In this document: positions 42,031 to 55,589 of the stretch, piece after piece
Layout: each line of letters starts with the position of its first letter
Numbering within the stretch: the first letter of the stretch is position 1
Assembly: GCF_036321535.1 (NCBI RefSeq)
Contig: NC_087437.1
Location: forward strand, 57,786,001-57,850,000
DNA from: Camelus dromedarius
Lineage: Eukaryota
DNA: 64,000 bases
Direction of reading: 5' to 3'
Translations under genes and position numbers: made by a program
Notes under the pieces: generated by a model
Told to the model about the DNA's origin: nothing
Database searches by the model: none
The model's input: the letters and a program-made list of their open reading frames with translations, nothing else

Positions 42031-42607
42031 GCTTCTCTTGTGATTCATGAAAAGTAATCTAGAACCGTGAGCAAGACGAAAGGGAAAAAGAGATTATGGA
42101 GATAGGGAGACCAGGTATCAAAACAGTCCAGACAAGAAGTAATAGGACCAGATGTACACAGTAGTCATGAAGCTGGAGATTATGGAATCAGGAACGAGAT
42201 ACTGGAGAAAAGCAGCTAGCAAGACTTGGTGACTGCCTGCCTGTGCGGAACCCAGGAAGACTTACCACAGTCACTTACATGTTGAAACTCCAACAACAGT
42301 AGCTGGTGGATGCTCTCAGGTGAGACCAGTTCTTACATCTCTCTAAAGTCCCCAGTGCTGTCCATTATCTCTCTGACCAGCCTGAGTCTTTTAATCTCCA
42401 GATTTATCTGCCATAATTTTTCAAATGATATTTCCAAACTTACTTCTCCTAGATAGATGTCAAATAAGAGCACAGAAGGTCACTAGACAATTTCAGAACT
42501 GTATTCTCCATCTTCCTTTTTTTTTTTAACAAAAATCTCAGAAAAGTTTATAATTAGAAAAACATCACTGAAACTATTATAGAACAATGACACAATTACC
42601 AGAAAGG

Positions 42608-42621
42608 CCACAAGATGGCAG
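42608..42621 (+). promoter_or_regulatory. CTCF consensus motif
   Basis: CCACAAGATGGCAG matches the CCASYAGRKGGCRS core with one deviation. Confidence 0.6.
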
Positions 42622-43247
42622 CAAAGTATAGCATAAAAGCAGCCTGAGCAGGTGTCCTAGAGGGCTCTTGGTATTAAAAACTCAGAAATCATACATTTCG
42701 TATGTATGTGTTGCATATATATTAATCAATAGCTATAACAGCTATATAATCATTGTTTCTACACGGCACCTCACAGTTTACAAAACTCTCACCAACACTG
42801 TCTCTCACCTGGTCCTCACAGCCACTCCGTGAAGTCCACGGGTCAAGGAGCATGACTTTCATGGAGAATAAGGAGCAGTTTTACCCCAGATGCCAGAAGC
42901 ACTTCAGAGGCTCGAAGGTGAGGCAAAGCCAACATTTTCTCATTGTTTCTAGTAAGATGTGCTCCAGGGGAAAGAGAACAGGAAAGGGGGATGCTGTAGC
43001 CTCAACTTCAGAGAGGGAAACAAAAACTAAGATTTTCTGATAGAACTGAGACTGTTTTAAGGGACTGAGGTCTGTAAGGAATTCCTCATCATAATTGGAG
43101 GGAAAAAGGAAAAACAGAAGAAAAGTAAAAGGGCTTTCATTATTTTTATAACAATGCTAAAAATTTTCTCAAAGACACTTATAGAAGGCAAAATTGGAAA
43201 GAAATATGCCCAGAGGAAAAACATATTTATCCTCCAAATGAGAGTCA

Positions 43248-43670
43248 TGTAAGTTTCCTAGGGCTGCCGTAACAAACCACCACAAACTCGGGGGCGTAAA
43301 ACAACAAGCCCAACATCAAAGCGTCTGCAGGGCTGCGCTCCCTGCAGGGCTGCGCCCCCTGCAAGGGCCACAGGGGAGAATCTTCTCTTGTCTCTTCAGC
43401 TTCCAGTGGTTCCTGGCCTCCAGTCTCTGCCTCCGCCTTTACATGGTCGTCACCCTAGGAGCCCTGCTCTCTGTGTTCCTACAAGGACACTTGTAATTGG
43501 ACTTGGACTTGGACTCATCTGGATAATCCAGGCTGATCTCATCTGGAGATCTTTAATTTAATTATATTTGCAAAGATCTTTTTTTTCCCCACAAATAAAG
43601 CCCCATTCTCAGGTACCAGGGGTTGGCATGTAGGCATCTTTGTGGGGAGGGCACCATTCAACTCCCTACA
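43248..43670 (-). mobile_element. MaLR LTR (MLT1B/C-like)
   Basis: tttcctagggctgccgtaacaaaccaccacaaact...ggataatccaggctgatctcatct...attcaactccctaca; internal 17-bp tandem duplication ~43327-43362. Confidence 0.85.
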
Positions 43671-44029
43671 ATGCTCTCATGACTTGACTTCCCCTCACCC
43701 GTGGGGAACTCACACACCTACGTATTACGGACCCCCATGACCCTTCCCCGTGCTTAGTTGCTACAGAGCAGCAGCATCTGATTTCTGCTCCATGTCTGAC
43801 ATTATCTTTCTATGTCACCTGCGTGCTCTCCTTGGGCTCCATCTCCTCATCTGTAAAATAAGAACGCTAGACCAGCCAATGGTCACAAAGCCAAACGCAC
43901 ACTGAGTCTGTGAGGAAGTGGAGAACAGAGAGGTCTTCGGGAACACGGGAGCATTTAAACCTTATGCCAATCACCTGTCTCCTCATGGTGGAATGTCTCA
44001 CCTCCTTCATCAGGTTTGGGAAGTCAATT

Positions 44030-45760
44030 ATTTTTACATCTTGCTAAATATCTACGTCGTGGAAGATCCTGCTCTAGGTTCTCAGACTACAGAGATGGAC
44101 AAGGAGGAATCCTTCTCTCGGGAACCCCACAGTCCAGGAGGAGAGACACACACACAATGGGATACCTGCAGTCTAGGGTTAAAGGACTAAGGAGAGGTCC
44201 TTTGTGTATGTGAGCATAGAAGCCCAAGCGACCAACTCTGGGGTGTGGGTGGATGCAGGGGTGAGGAAAGCCCACATTGGGGGACACGCTTAAGCTGGTT
44301 CTTGAGTGTTGAGTAAATTTCATCAGCTGAGCAAGACCCTAGAAAACAATGCACAGAGTAATCATGGTGCCTAAAGATGCCAAGATATGAAAGGGCAAGT
44401 AGGTAGATGCCTTTGGAATAAACTGTGCCAAAGGGAAAGAGGAAAAGGACGTTGTCTGAAAAATGGCTGTGAGCACTGCTACCATCACTGAACACTTGCT
44501 TCGTGCCAGATACCAGGCCAAGTGCCTTCATATGTGATACAGTTCTCATAGCTACAGGTAGAAGGTCTCTTTAGGCTTAGCTGTGCTGGGGTAACAAACA
44601 AGTCCCAAATCTCACTGCTTCCTCCAGTGAATATTTATTTCTCATTCACACAAAGTCTGCTGGAATCTGGTTCATTCTCCGGGGCAGCTCAGCATTCAGC
44701 CTACTTAATTCCTACAGCACCTTCATATCAACACGTGTTTTCACATTCATCACAGGAAACTGGGCTGGAGAGTCCGGTCCCAGGATCTGAATGCCTCCAC
44801 ACAGAGGTGACACACCCTACTTATGCTTACGTTTCTCAGGCTCTACAGGTCACCTGGGCAACCTCACTTCAGAGGAGAGAGAAATGCAATGTTCAGAATT
44901 AGAGGAGAAGCGGGGACTGGGGAACAAAAGCAGCTCGCCCCCTGGGTAGCTACCATCATCATTCTCATTTCACAGATGGGGAGACAGAAACACTGAGAAG
45001 TCACTCAAGGTCACACAGCTGGCCAAGTGGCAGAAGCAGGATTTAAACTCAGATCTGACTCTAGACCCCCCCACTTTTTTTTTGGGAAATGCATATGCCA
45101 TGCAAATGATTTGGACATCACCTCCAAATGCAGGAAAGGTTGTCTCAGGGAGAATGCAGATCATATTTCTATTTTTGAAAGATGTGTGTGAAAACAATGA
45201 TGGGGGTGGGAGAAGACTGAGGGTCAAGTCCAGGAGAACTGTCATGACCGTCTTCAGTAGGAAATGATAGGGCCCTACACTGAGCAGAGCCTACTCTGAG
45301 GATGGGCGGGGGCAGCAGATCTAAAGGTGAACAAGAAATAGTAGAGAGACTTTAATAAATAAGTGGATATAAAGGTTGATGAAGGAGGCAGGAGGGACGG
45401 AACACGGTGAGCAGGGGCCTGGCTTGGGCAGCTGGAGGGCAGAGGTGCCATCTGCTGGGACAGCCATGTCAGACACGCATCAGGCCAGCTGTGCTTGCTT
45501 TTGTTTTCAGTGGAGAGAGGGACATGAGAGTTCAAATTTGAACGCGTTGAAGTTGAGTTTCCTGTGGGATTTCAAGTAGAGGGCTCTAGGAGACACTTAG
45601 GCATATGTATCTTAAATTCATCAAAAAAGGCTTTGGTTATATATAGGTAATTACTTGTGGGGAAAAAATTGTAAAAGTGATAGTTCAAGTCTTACAGTTG
45701 ATGAAACTGCCAGCGGAGAGAGAGAGAGAGAGAAAAATAAAGACAGTGAAGGATGGAGCA
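44030..45760. mobile_element. Nested relics: L2, a MIR split by an MLT1J/K-like LTR (~44570-44900), then L2
   Basis: L2 motifs (catgagagttcaaatttgaacgcgttgaagttgag); MIR cagatggggagacagaaacactgagaagtcactcaaggtcacacagct; MLT1 gtaacaaacaagtcccaaatctca. Confidence 0.65.
45445..45458 (-). promoter_or_regulatory. CTCF consensus motif inside an L2 relic
   Basis: Minus strand CCAGCAGATGGCAC, a full core match. Confidence 0.55.
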
Positions 45761-46399
45761 ACTGGTCTGGAATACAGAGGTGTAAAATGTCTCTGAGGGT
45801 GGAGATTTCATTACGGTCACCTCTGATCTCATCACTTAATTCAAGACAGAGTCTCAAAGGTTTTCCCAAGTATGGCTGGCTAAATTTGCGAAACAGAAAA
45901 CACACCAGAGTGTACACCACCTGGAAATAAGACTAAGACACACTGTACTCATAGCACCACATTGACTACATCGAGCAGGGTGCAGGCCCCCAGACTTCAC
46001 AATCCTAGACACCAACACACACACACACGTATCAGTTTTATCTTTTCATGACATGTTTTTATTGGTTTGGGCGTGTTACCAAAAGAATATATATTTACTG
46101 TAACAGTAAGAATATGTGTAAGAAAAAGGAGGTAAACTCGGGTCATGCTAGCACACCCCTTCTTAATGACTCGTCTAAGCTGGAAGCTCGCTCTCTGCCC
46201 TGCATCCTAGGAAGGCTAGGAAAGCGAAGGACATAGTAATGGAAAGGGGAGGGGACAAACAGGGTTCTATTCAATTAGGGTCCATGATCCCGTCAACCCT
46301 CGATGCTTCAGAGCCCCTCCACGCCTTCCAGATGAGGTTCCGCTTTCATTTGTGCCATTGGAGGAAAATAAAAACAGAATGAGCTTATTAACCACACAT

Positions 46400-47200
46400 G
46401 AATATCTTCCGTTAAACTGCGCCGAAGCTACTGCTGTTGTTAACACGATTAAGGGGCTGCCAGCGTCAAATGCGAAACCCTCTCCGCCGGAGCGGCAACG
46501 ATGACTTCGTTAAACTGCTTTCTGTGCTCTAGCAGAAAGGGAGGCATTCTGGAAAGTCGCTCCTTCTGCAAACACTGGGGCCTGTGAAATCCGCCCGAAA
46601 AAAGAGCTGATCATATGCCTGTTATCCCAAAATAGCACCTTCCTCCATTATGCCGAGGTTCAGCGCAAAACTGACTCATGCAGCTCCGGGATCGCTGCCA
46701 GAGCGGAGCGGCCGAGCTCGGAGCGGAGCGGAGCGGAGCCGCGCGGCGGCAACAGGCGGAGGACGCGGCGCGGCCGGCGGGGCGGCGTCCCCTCGGCCGG
46801 TTCCCGGCTCCCGCCGTCGGCTTCGGCTTCGGCTTCGCAGCCCAGAAGGCGACAGCTTTCAGCATCCACCGAGTGAGGGCACAGCCAACTCGGCAGGGTT
46901 CTCCGGGCCTTATTAAAGGAAATCTGTCGCATTCCGATTCTGCCTCCGATCTGCTCCCGGTTCCGAGGCTGCTCCCCACGGGCAGCAGCTGGGCTCCTGC
47001 ACGGTCCTGCACTTGTTCTCGACACCACAGCAAGGCGAGTCGCTTCTTCGCCCTCACCCAAGGCCAGGTCACCACCGCCTCAACCGCAGCCCCAGGAGCA
47101 GCCTGGATGCTCCGTCTACCCGGTCCTCGTGCCCCCGCCTCCCGGAGGTCTTCCTAGAGCGCCTCCAGCCACGAGTCATCGTCCCTCCTCAAAACTCTCT
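46400..47200. promoter_or_regulatory. CpG island 2 (distal promoter or enhancer; direction uncertain)
   Basis: Dense CpG; AP-1 site TGACTCA 46672-46678; (GCGGA)n ~46703-46740; (GGCTTC)3 ~46819-46836; TATA-like TATTAAA 46911-46917. Confidence 0.85.
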
Positions 47201-48522
47201 CGGGCTCCAGTGGTCCTTAGTAGTGTTTTCTTTATATTCTGCTGGAATGTACTGCTCTTAATAATCTCCCTTGTACATATCTGAGTTGCTTAGAATATGA
47301 CGGACAATTTACTGAACAACCGAATGAAAACAGTGAGAGTGAGTGAGGAAACTGGGATTCTTCGGAACCCTCACATATAGTAACCCACATCTGGACGGGA
47401 AGTTATTCATGAACGCAACTCCTACTTTCCTTCTTCCTTGAGTTTCCTTCTTTCTTGAGAGTTTATAAAATTGCAGAACAGGATCTGTTCCTTCTTCCAT
47501 CCATCCAGATCACAAAACTGACAATCTTCTCTAAATGATTCTCGGTCAATGCTTAGTTAGATTTTCTGTTCTGACTACCCAGGTGATCTTTGGCAGGCTC
47601 ACTTGAGAAACTCTTATAACAGGAAGATCCATCATGATCAGACACAGGAGCAAGCTCTGTGTACTTTTTGCTGTTTACCGATGCGGATGAGCATGCCGGT
47701 GATTCAGGAGAGAGAACGGCCCCTAAAACTCATCAAAAGGACACGGTAAAGGAAAAGGCATCTGAGAGCATCAAGTTTCCTAGCGACCGATCAAGCCCAA
47801 AGGAGTGCGAAGCTGGTGCTTTAGACCAACTTAGGGTATTTCAACCCCTTTACTGAAACTCAAGGATTGTTTGCTAAAATTATACAGCAACGAACACCAC
47901 TCTATGAGCCTAAATACATGGTAACATAATGCTACCAAGTGACCTCTTAGATTATTTTAGAAATTCTCTCTAAGACTACCTTTGTGAGAGCTGCAAAAGC
48001 ATACCATGGCTCATCACAACAATTCATACCAATAATTCCACTTTTTATATAAAATTAAAAATGCAGGGAGACTCACTGACATCACAATGCCACTTAATAG
48101 AACATTTAAAAAGAGAAAAAATAGGAAACATTTTATGGCCATCCTTATAGTTGTATTACTTTACATGGAATAGATACTCAATAAATATTAGAAGAAGGAA
48201 GAGATAGTGGGAAGGGAGGATGAGGATGTAGAGATTCAGGAACAAAGGAACAGCATTTACAAAGGTGCTTCTGATTCTTGCACCAGCCGAAGTCTGAAGC
48301 GATAAACAAAGGCCTAACCAAAGAGTTCCAGTCTGCGTTTAGTGGTCACATGTAGGAAGGTAATTTGGGGAAGATACTCCCTTCTTTTAGGAAAGGGTTC
48401 TTATTCTTAAATGCTTAAGCAACATACCCTTGGATTGGCTTTAAACAGGATTTTTGGAAGGGGGTGGTGGTGACGGTGGTGCCTTGGGCAGTTTAAAAGA
48501 AAAAAAGCAGAGTCAGTATACC

Positions 48523-49050
48523 TGTGATGGTAAATTTTATGTCAACTTGGCTAGGTTACAGGGTGCCCAGATATTTGGTCAAACATTATTCTGGGTGTTT
48601 CTGTAAGGATATTTTTGGATGAGATTCATATTTCCACTGGTAGACTGACTAAAGCAGACTGCCCTCCACAATGTGGGTGGGCCTCATCCAATCAGTTGAA
48701 GGCCTGGATAGAATAAAAGTCCCCTCCTCTTACCCACAGTAAGAGAGAATTCTCCTGTCAGCTTCTGCACTGAAACATTCTTATACCACAGCAGCTTCCA
48801 GTCTTTGGGTTTGAACTGAGACATTAGCTCTGCAGATTTTGGACTTGTCAGCCTCCATAATGACAAGAGCCAATTCTTTTTAATAAGACTTTATATATAA
48901 ACATATATTTATTATATATATATAAATATACATCATTTACATATTATATATTTATATACTTTATATATATTTATTAATATATTTATTATATATTATGTAC
49001 TTATTATATATCTACTGGTGCTGTTTCTCTTGAGAATCCTGATTAATACA
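48523..49050 (+). mobile_element. ERVL LTR (MLT2B-like) with internal TA-rich tract
   Basis: tgtgatggtaaattttatgtcaacttggctagg...gtgggtgggcctcatccaatcagttgaaggcct...gagaatcctgattaataca; 5-bp TSD atacc/atatc. Confidence 0.9.
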
Positions 49051-50269
49051 ATATCTATTACTTTATAATACCCACTAGAGAAAATAAAGCTCAACAAAAT
49101 TGTGATTTGCAAAGACATACAAAATTACAGGGCAAGGAGACATTTTAGTGGGTCTGAGTTTCAAAAGATCAGCACTGTTGGTGTGTCAGCAACATCTAAT
49201 TGCATCAAATCATGTCCTTCCTCTTACATGTTCAGTAAATGACACTTGGCCCTCATTTGAATTGGGAGCAAAAGTCCAATGACACGTTTAACCCATTTCT
49301 TTCCCTTCCCAGCCTCTCCAGCCTAAGGTGCACCTGACATAAGAGTCCCTGCCTAGCCACACCCTAATGGAGGATCATAGGAGTGAGGATCCATCCAGAT
49401 TAAACATTACCCCTGAGCCATAAAGCTAGTGTCTCCATCATTCCGTTTTGGGAAGAGGTCACATATGGGAACCAGATATATGGGACTCTTGTACTTTGGT
49501 GATTCCTCTGTGATTCATAATTCTACTTACTTTTCCTAACACATAATCCTAAAACTCAAAAGAAGTGAAGAAGGTGGCTAGTCAACATTGTTTATTTTGG
49601 ACAGAGGAAAACCAAAGCTCAGAGAGGAAAATATGACCTGTCTATATCACACAGCAATCATTACCAGATCTGTGCAGCTAGTAAATAATGAAGCCCACAC
49701 TCTTAGCACGTCTTTAAGATTCAAGAATAAAAAAAAATGTGGTTGGATACCTCATGAAAATCTATGATTCTATCCCTTTCCATTGAAAATTTTGCTTCAA
49801 GGAAAAGACCAAGACAATAAAACCCTTCTGACCAGCACTGCCCATTTTGGGATAATGCATATTCCACTAAAAAATGTGCCACCTCCTGTCATTGAAACCA
49901 GACTCCTTCCTACAATGTAGGTTTTCAGAGCATTTCCTGTCCAAACACCTGCATTGATTCTCCATAGCTTAATGTGGGGGAAGGGCAGAGGAAATGTTCA
50001 ATTTGCTTAATGTGAAATTAAAGGATGTCCATAACCAGAGCTCAGTTTACTCCAGCAACGCACACTGAATGAATGCACAGTAGTGCAAGCCACAGTACTT
50101 GGCACAGTAGATGAAAAAGCCATTTTAGAACTGGATCTTCCGGCCCTGGTAAAGCCCGCCATTACTTAGAAAGAAACTGGGCTTAAGAGGCGATATCAAA
50201 GGCAAATCCAATGACTAAGGGAGCTAAGAAAAGAAAAAGGAAGAACAAAGGTAATATGGCAGACCAAGC

Positions 50270-50835
50270 CAAAATCTTGACAGCAATTTCATGAGAAACT
50301 CGAAGGCAAAACGACCCACCTAAGCCACTCCCAAATTTCTGATTTAGAAATTGTGAGAAAATGAATGCTTGTTTTAAACTAAACCACTAATCTGGGGGAT
50401 AATCTGTTATGCAACAGTGGCTAACTTCTACATCCATCAACAGATGAAGAGATAAATAAACTGTGGTATATGCATACAGTGGAATATGGTGACCAATATA
50501 AAAGGTTAACTACTGATACATTCAACATGCTTGAAATCTCAGAATAATTACAGAGGGAAATAAGTTAGACCAAAAAAAAACCCAACTTACTCTATGATTC
50601 TATTTGCATGAAATTCTAGAAAAGGCAAGCTAAACGATAATGGCAGAAAGGAGACAGTGATTGCCTAGGGGTGGGGAGGAGGCAAAGAGGTTAATGAGTT
50701 CAAAGGGGGAAAAGGGTGTGATTGTTAACATTCATTCATTTTATCGTGATGATGGTTTCATGTCAGACAAAACACCAAATTTTACACTTTAATTGTGGTA
50801 CCATTTATAATATCTCAATTATACCTTAATGGAGC
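50270..50835 (+). mobile_element. MLT1 3' fragment followed by an old L1M 3'UTR fragment
   Basis: ctaagccactcccaaatttctga...tgttatgcaacagtggctaac; catccatcaacagatgaagagataaataaactgtggtata. Confidence 0.7.
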
Positions 50836-50996
50836 TTAGGCATTTTAATTAAAAAAGTGATCAAGGCATTGGCTCCGTCCTAGGGCACTCAGGTTTGGGA
50901 TGGAGGACATTCAGGTAGCCAATACCCAGAGCGCAGTAGGAGAAGAGCTAGTGCAGAGACCTGGAGAGGGATCTGAAGGCTCTTGCTCCCTTTCTC

Positions 50997-51010
50997 CCAC
51001 TAGAGGGCGC
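50997..51010 (+). promoter_or_regulatory. CTCF consensus motif
   Basis: CCACTAGAGGGCGC, a full core match with a retained CpG in an otherwise CpG-poor context. Confidence 0.7.
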
Positions 51011-51107
51011 CCATGCTGGAGTACTGTCTCTTTCGTTGATTCCCTCAGTTGTTAGATTTGCCTTTGGTAGTGCCTCTTAAGCCTAGTTTTCTTTCTAAAT
51101 AAGACTG

Positions 51108-51208
51108 ATACATTTAGTATATGTATATACATGTATAACTGAATCGCTTTGCTGTATACCTGAACTAACACTGTAAATCAAGTACACTTCAATTAAAAAA
51201 AAAAAAAA
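51108..51208 (+). mobile_element. Short L1 3' end with polyA
   Basis: tgtataactgaatcgctttgctgtatacctgaa...acttcaattaaaaaa; short TSD aagactg. Confidence 0.8.
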
Positions 51209-53679
51209 AGACTGTCACAGGCAAAAAAAAAAATTTGTAAAAGAACAAAATCTAGGAAGAAGACCATAAAATGGTAAAATGGATAACTCCATTTAAGTCT
51301 GATTAAGAAATTAAAAGGAGGCAAAAATATTCAAAATTAGCAATGAAAAAGGAAGCCTAATTCTTAATACAGATTCTTAATTACAAATGCCATTAAAGAA
51401 TTGTTGGAGAATAAGGGCAACTCTATGGCAAAAAAAAAAAAAGCTGCAAACTTCAGATGACATAGATAATTTAAGCAAAATTTCCAAAACTGACCCAAGA
51501 TGGAGAGAAAAAAACTTAAGTAAACCAATTACCAAAGAGGAATTTGGAAAGATGATGGAAGAGATAATGTAATAAAGGCATCAGGTCCAGAAACTCTCCC
51601 AGGTTAGTTCTTCTTAAAGCCTTTTGAGACTAGAAAATTCTGATATTATTAAACTTTAAAAAAAGAAGACTCACGTGTTTAAGATCTTCCCTGGATCTCT
51701 TTTCTAAGTGATTTTTGCCTAATGATAGACTTTCCACCTTAATATATAACTTGCAGGACTATTAAGATATAAACTGATGTATGGAGCACCTCACTGTCAC
51801 TTTGCAGGTACTTAACACATTGTAATTATCATGTTAATATTATTGTTACTACTGTAAGGTTATATTCTATGGTAAAGATAAGGAAGGTCACTGGAAATAA
51901 ATTAGGTTTTCTTTCATCAGTAGACTTGCTCTTCCTAATAGACGTTTGAGACTGTATTTTCACCATCCAGATAACCTTAGTTTTAAATAGATAAATCAGG
52001 TCACTGTGAGAAAGGGGTGAGCTGAGGTTAAACTTGAAGAAACCCTTTGGGAGGTCAGGGAGCTGAATAATGCTCTATCTCAGCACCTTAATGCAGCCTT
52101 TTTCTGTTGAAAAGAGAAAAGAAGAACCAATATTGCCTTGGGTTGGGGTTAGAAAAGTCAAGCACAGGGAGAGAAGATCCCTGATTTCATAATTTGTAAA
52201 ACAATTTCACATCCATCTCATTTCTTCTGCACAGCAGCTGCACTGTAGCAAGGAAGGGAATGTTACCCCACCTCCCAGATGAGAGCCCAAAGCAAGTCAC
52301 AGGAAGTGACCGGCCAAATACCGCACCACCTGGTGTTGGAACAGCTGACCCTAAGTCTCGTACATTTTCCGTAACGTTCAAATGTTTAAGAAGAAAGACT
52401 GGAAAAGAACTCGAGATAAGGAAGCACTGTGTGACTCAAAAGAGTCATGCTTTATAAGGTATTGAGGGGAAACCAGGTCAACCTATTATTTGAATACTGT
52501 GGCCTCTGCTTATAAAAAGAGTGATTAAGTAAATCATAAATAAATCATAATAAAATATATATTAGATGGCTCCTTTAAGAACTGTTAATGATATGGGGAA
52601 AGCACTCACATTTTAATAATGTTAAGCCTGAAAATCAGAAAAGAACAGCAGTTTAATCCCAAGTCTGTTAGGTGACAGAGGAGGAGAGAGAAATACATCA
52701 AAATATGAATGGTAGCTATGTTCTTTCTGGTGTTGAGACTATAAATGGTTTTTTGTTTCTTTATTCTATTTTGTATTTTCCTGCTTTTGAACTCTGGACA
52801 TACATGGCTGTCCTTAGTGCAAGAGAAAGATTTAAAAAAAAATGAACAGATAGTTCTGAGAGTCATTGTGCACAATTTCCTACATATTTGGCCCACTGTC
52901 CTGTTGATTTCAATTCCAGCAGCAAAATCCTCACAAAAGGTATTTGTAACAAAGTGGAAATCTGATCTTGCCAGATTTACCTGGAGGATTGTGTGCATTT
53001 TGGCAACATCAAAGAGATGAAGCTGGAACAGACAAAAAAGCTGGGACAGAGAACAAAGGAAGAGGAAATGTTGCCATATGGCAGAGAGGGACTCATTTAT
53101 AAATTAGGAATTATACATGGAAATAGATCAAGACTAAGGGAATATGAGTGAAGTGACTCAAGTTTATCAAATCATCTGTCATATACGTGAATGTCTGATC
53201 CCACCTGATTTTACTCTTTCTAATGACAACTGTTTTATTCCTCTTTCTAACCTCACGGTGACATGCATAGTATTGGCCAACAGTAAGTGCCTGGATTGAA
53301 TTGTAATTTTTAGGTTGAATAAACATGAATGTATCTAAGAAATCTTAAAAGACTAATGTGGGGGTGTTAGGTAAAACCCTAAAAGTATGTTTAAATTTTT
53401 TTAAAGGTGTTCTTTTTTTTTTTTTTTCACGACCAGCAGTAAATGTGAGTAAATATATCTGACTTCAGATAGCAAGGTCTGGTAAGAGGGGTTATTGAAG
53501 GTGGGGCAAGGAGGTCTATTTGAAAACAGCAACATTGTGCAGTCACCTCATAAAGGATGATCGTGGTTGATGACAACAAAAATATCTTTTGGTACATTTG
53601 TCTGAAACAGAAATTCAGACTCTAGTCACTTGTATTGTCAGAATAATAACAAGGAAGTAATAATAAAAGCAATCATCAT

Positions 53680-53920
53680 GTGTACATAGCAATTACAACG
53701 TGCCATATATATATATATATATATATAGGCTAATTTAATTCTCCCAAACATCCCTGTCAATAGGTACTATTACTATTCTGCCCGATCCCTTCTTTTTCCT
53801 AGTGAGGGGACTGAAGCACAGGAAGATGAAGTGATTTGCCCAAGGTCACACAGCTACAAAGTAGCAGAGTCAGGATTTGAGCTCAAGCTTTATGGCTCCA
53901 GAGCTTGCATTCTTAACCCT
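53680..53920 (-). mobile_element. MIR SINE containing (TA)n
   Basis: gaagtgatttgcccaaggtcacacagctacaaagtagcagagtcaggatttga. Confidence 0.8.
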
Positions 53921-54762
53921 CTACTGTCTTTCTAAGGAAAACAAGAACAGTGTGTAATCTACACACACATGAGGAAAGTACATATTAATTGCTCTTCTTC
54001 CTTAATTCCGTGGTAGTTTTGCCTTTCAGAGCAGATCTGTAGGCAGGAAGCTGCCTCCGCTTTTTGTCCCCGTAATTCCTGTGACATCAGTCCCATTTGA
54101 GCCACACGATACAGTTCTGCTATGACCTGCTATGAATGTCTATGCCTGATATTCAGATTTCTTTTGAAAATACTACCTCTTCACTCAAAGTATCGAATGC
54201 AAAGAAAGAACAACTCTCCAGACAATTAATAAGACAATAAGAAGAACTGGGTCACCATATGTGAAATATTTGGGGGATCTGGTTTTAGCTCTCCTATCAC
54301 TGCAAAGTGAGTAAGCTCATATTATTCCCACCTGCAAAGGAACAGCCTTCATGAACTACATTTTCATCACACAGACACACACATTCACTTTCTTTAAGAA
54401 TGCTCAGCCCATCTGCTCACATTTAAAAATATAAATTGAAGACCTCCCACGCTGCCTTGGTTTGTAAAATGTCTATCACCAAATCTTTATTCTAAGACTC
54501 TTGTAAGTCTATGATTCCTTTCTCTTTCACTTTACTTTTAACAGTTTTCGCTAGTTCTCTTTCAAGTACCTGACGTTTCTGATTAAGTGTTTCTCTAACA
54601 GACAACGATCTTAAAAGGGCAGGGTTGCAATGTTACTTCCATCTAAGAGGACTTCATTTTGAGGAAAATATTCATTATTTGGGAAAAGCCTTCTTTGCAG
54701 CCTGGTACTAAGCCTGTACCCAGGAAGGAAAAATAGAATGCTCTGTCTCTCCTCAAGTTACA

Positions 54763-54856
54763 AAACTTAGCTAGAAAGCTTGTTAGCTACAAGTTTTCTA
54801 GCTAAGTTTGAACCCTTGAAACACAAGGGTTGTATGAAAAACAACCCTTGAAACAC
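54763..54856. repeat. Compound inverted repeat (47-bp quasi-palindrome followed by A-A'-A arms)
   Basis: Arms 54763-54783 and 54789-54809 are reverse complements at 20/21 positions; followed by AACCCTTG / CAAGGGTTGT / ACAACCCTTG. Confidence 0.9.
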
Positions 54857-55589
54857 ACACACACACAAAAACGGTGTAGACAACTCGAATTGATTCAAAG
54901 CTCATTCCCTTAAGATATGTTTAAGAGATTAAAAACTAAATTGCCCATACACATCCCTGAGCAAAAGGGGTGGAGGTTTTGTTGGGGTGTGCACCCACTC
55001 TATCCCCATGGAAATATCCTCTCTTAGGTTGGCTGGCTTGAGACACATAAGAACTATGTCCACATTGCTGTAATCCACATTTTATTCTTCTAAGAGCAAT
55101 GAGTTCAACTTGTTCTTCCTTCCTTCCTTTCTCCCTCCCTCCCTTCTCTCCTTTCATCCATTCACTCATTCATTCAATTTGATTGTACTGAGTGCCATTT
55201 GCTGGACACTCTGAAAGGCAATAGAGGGACACAGAGATGACCGATGGTGCTCCCTGACCTCAAAGAACTTAGATTCTGAAGAAGGAGGAAGACTAGTGCT
55301 GGGTCTTCTGACTTTGAATTCAGCGCACCCTCTTTTTCTTTTTTCAAAATCTGAGATATGCAGTGTTGTAGCCAACTTCTTCATTTGCTTCTTTTAACTT
55401 CCTTTTTGTGTGTGAAGGCACTTTACACAGGATCTTATGCAATGAGCCATTTCGACTTCTAAACAGCAGGCCAAGTCCCTGGCTGCACAGGTGACCGCCA
55501 ATGTGTATTCAAGCAAGCCACTGGAATTTGTCATGGAGTCAAGATTTCTGCATTTTGCAAATGTCACTGAAATCCTTAGTTGAAAAACA

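Noticed and set aside
46611..47261. Overlapping ORFs in CpG island 2
   Set aside because: Same GC artefact; no recognisable domain
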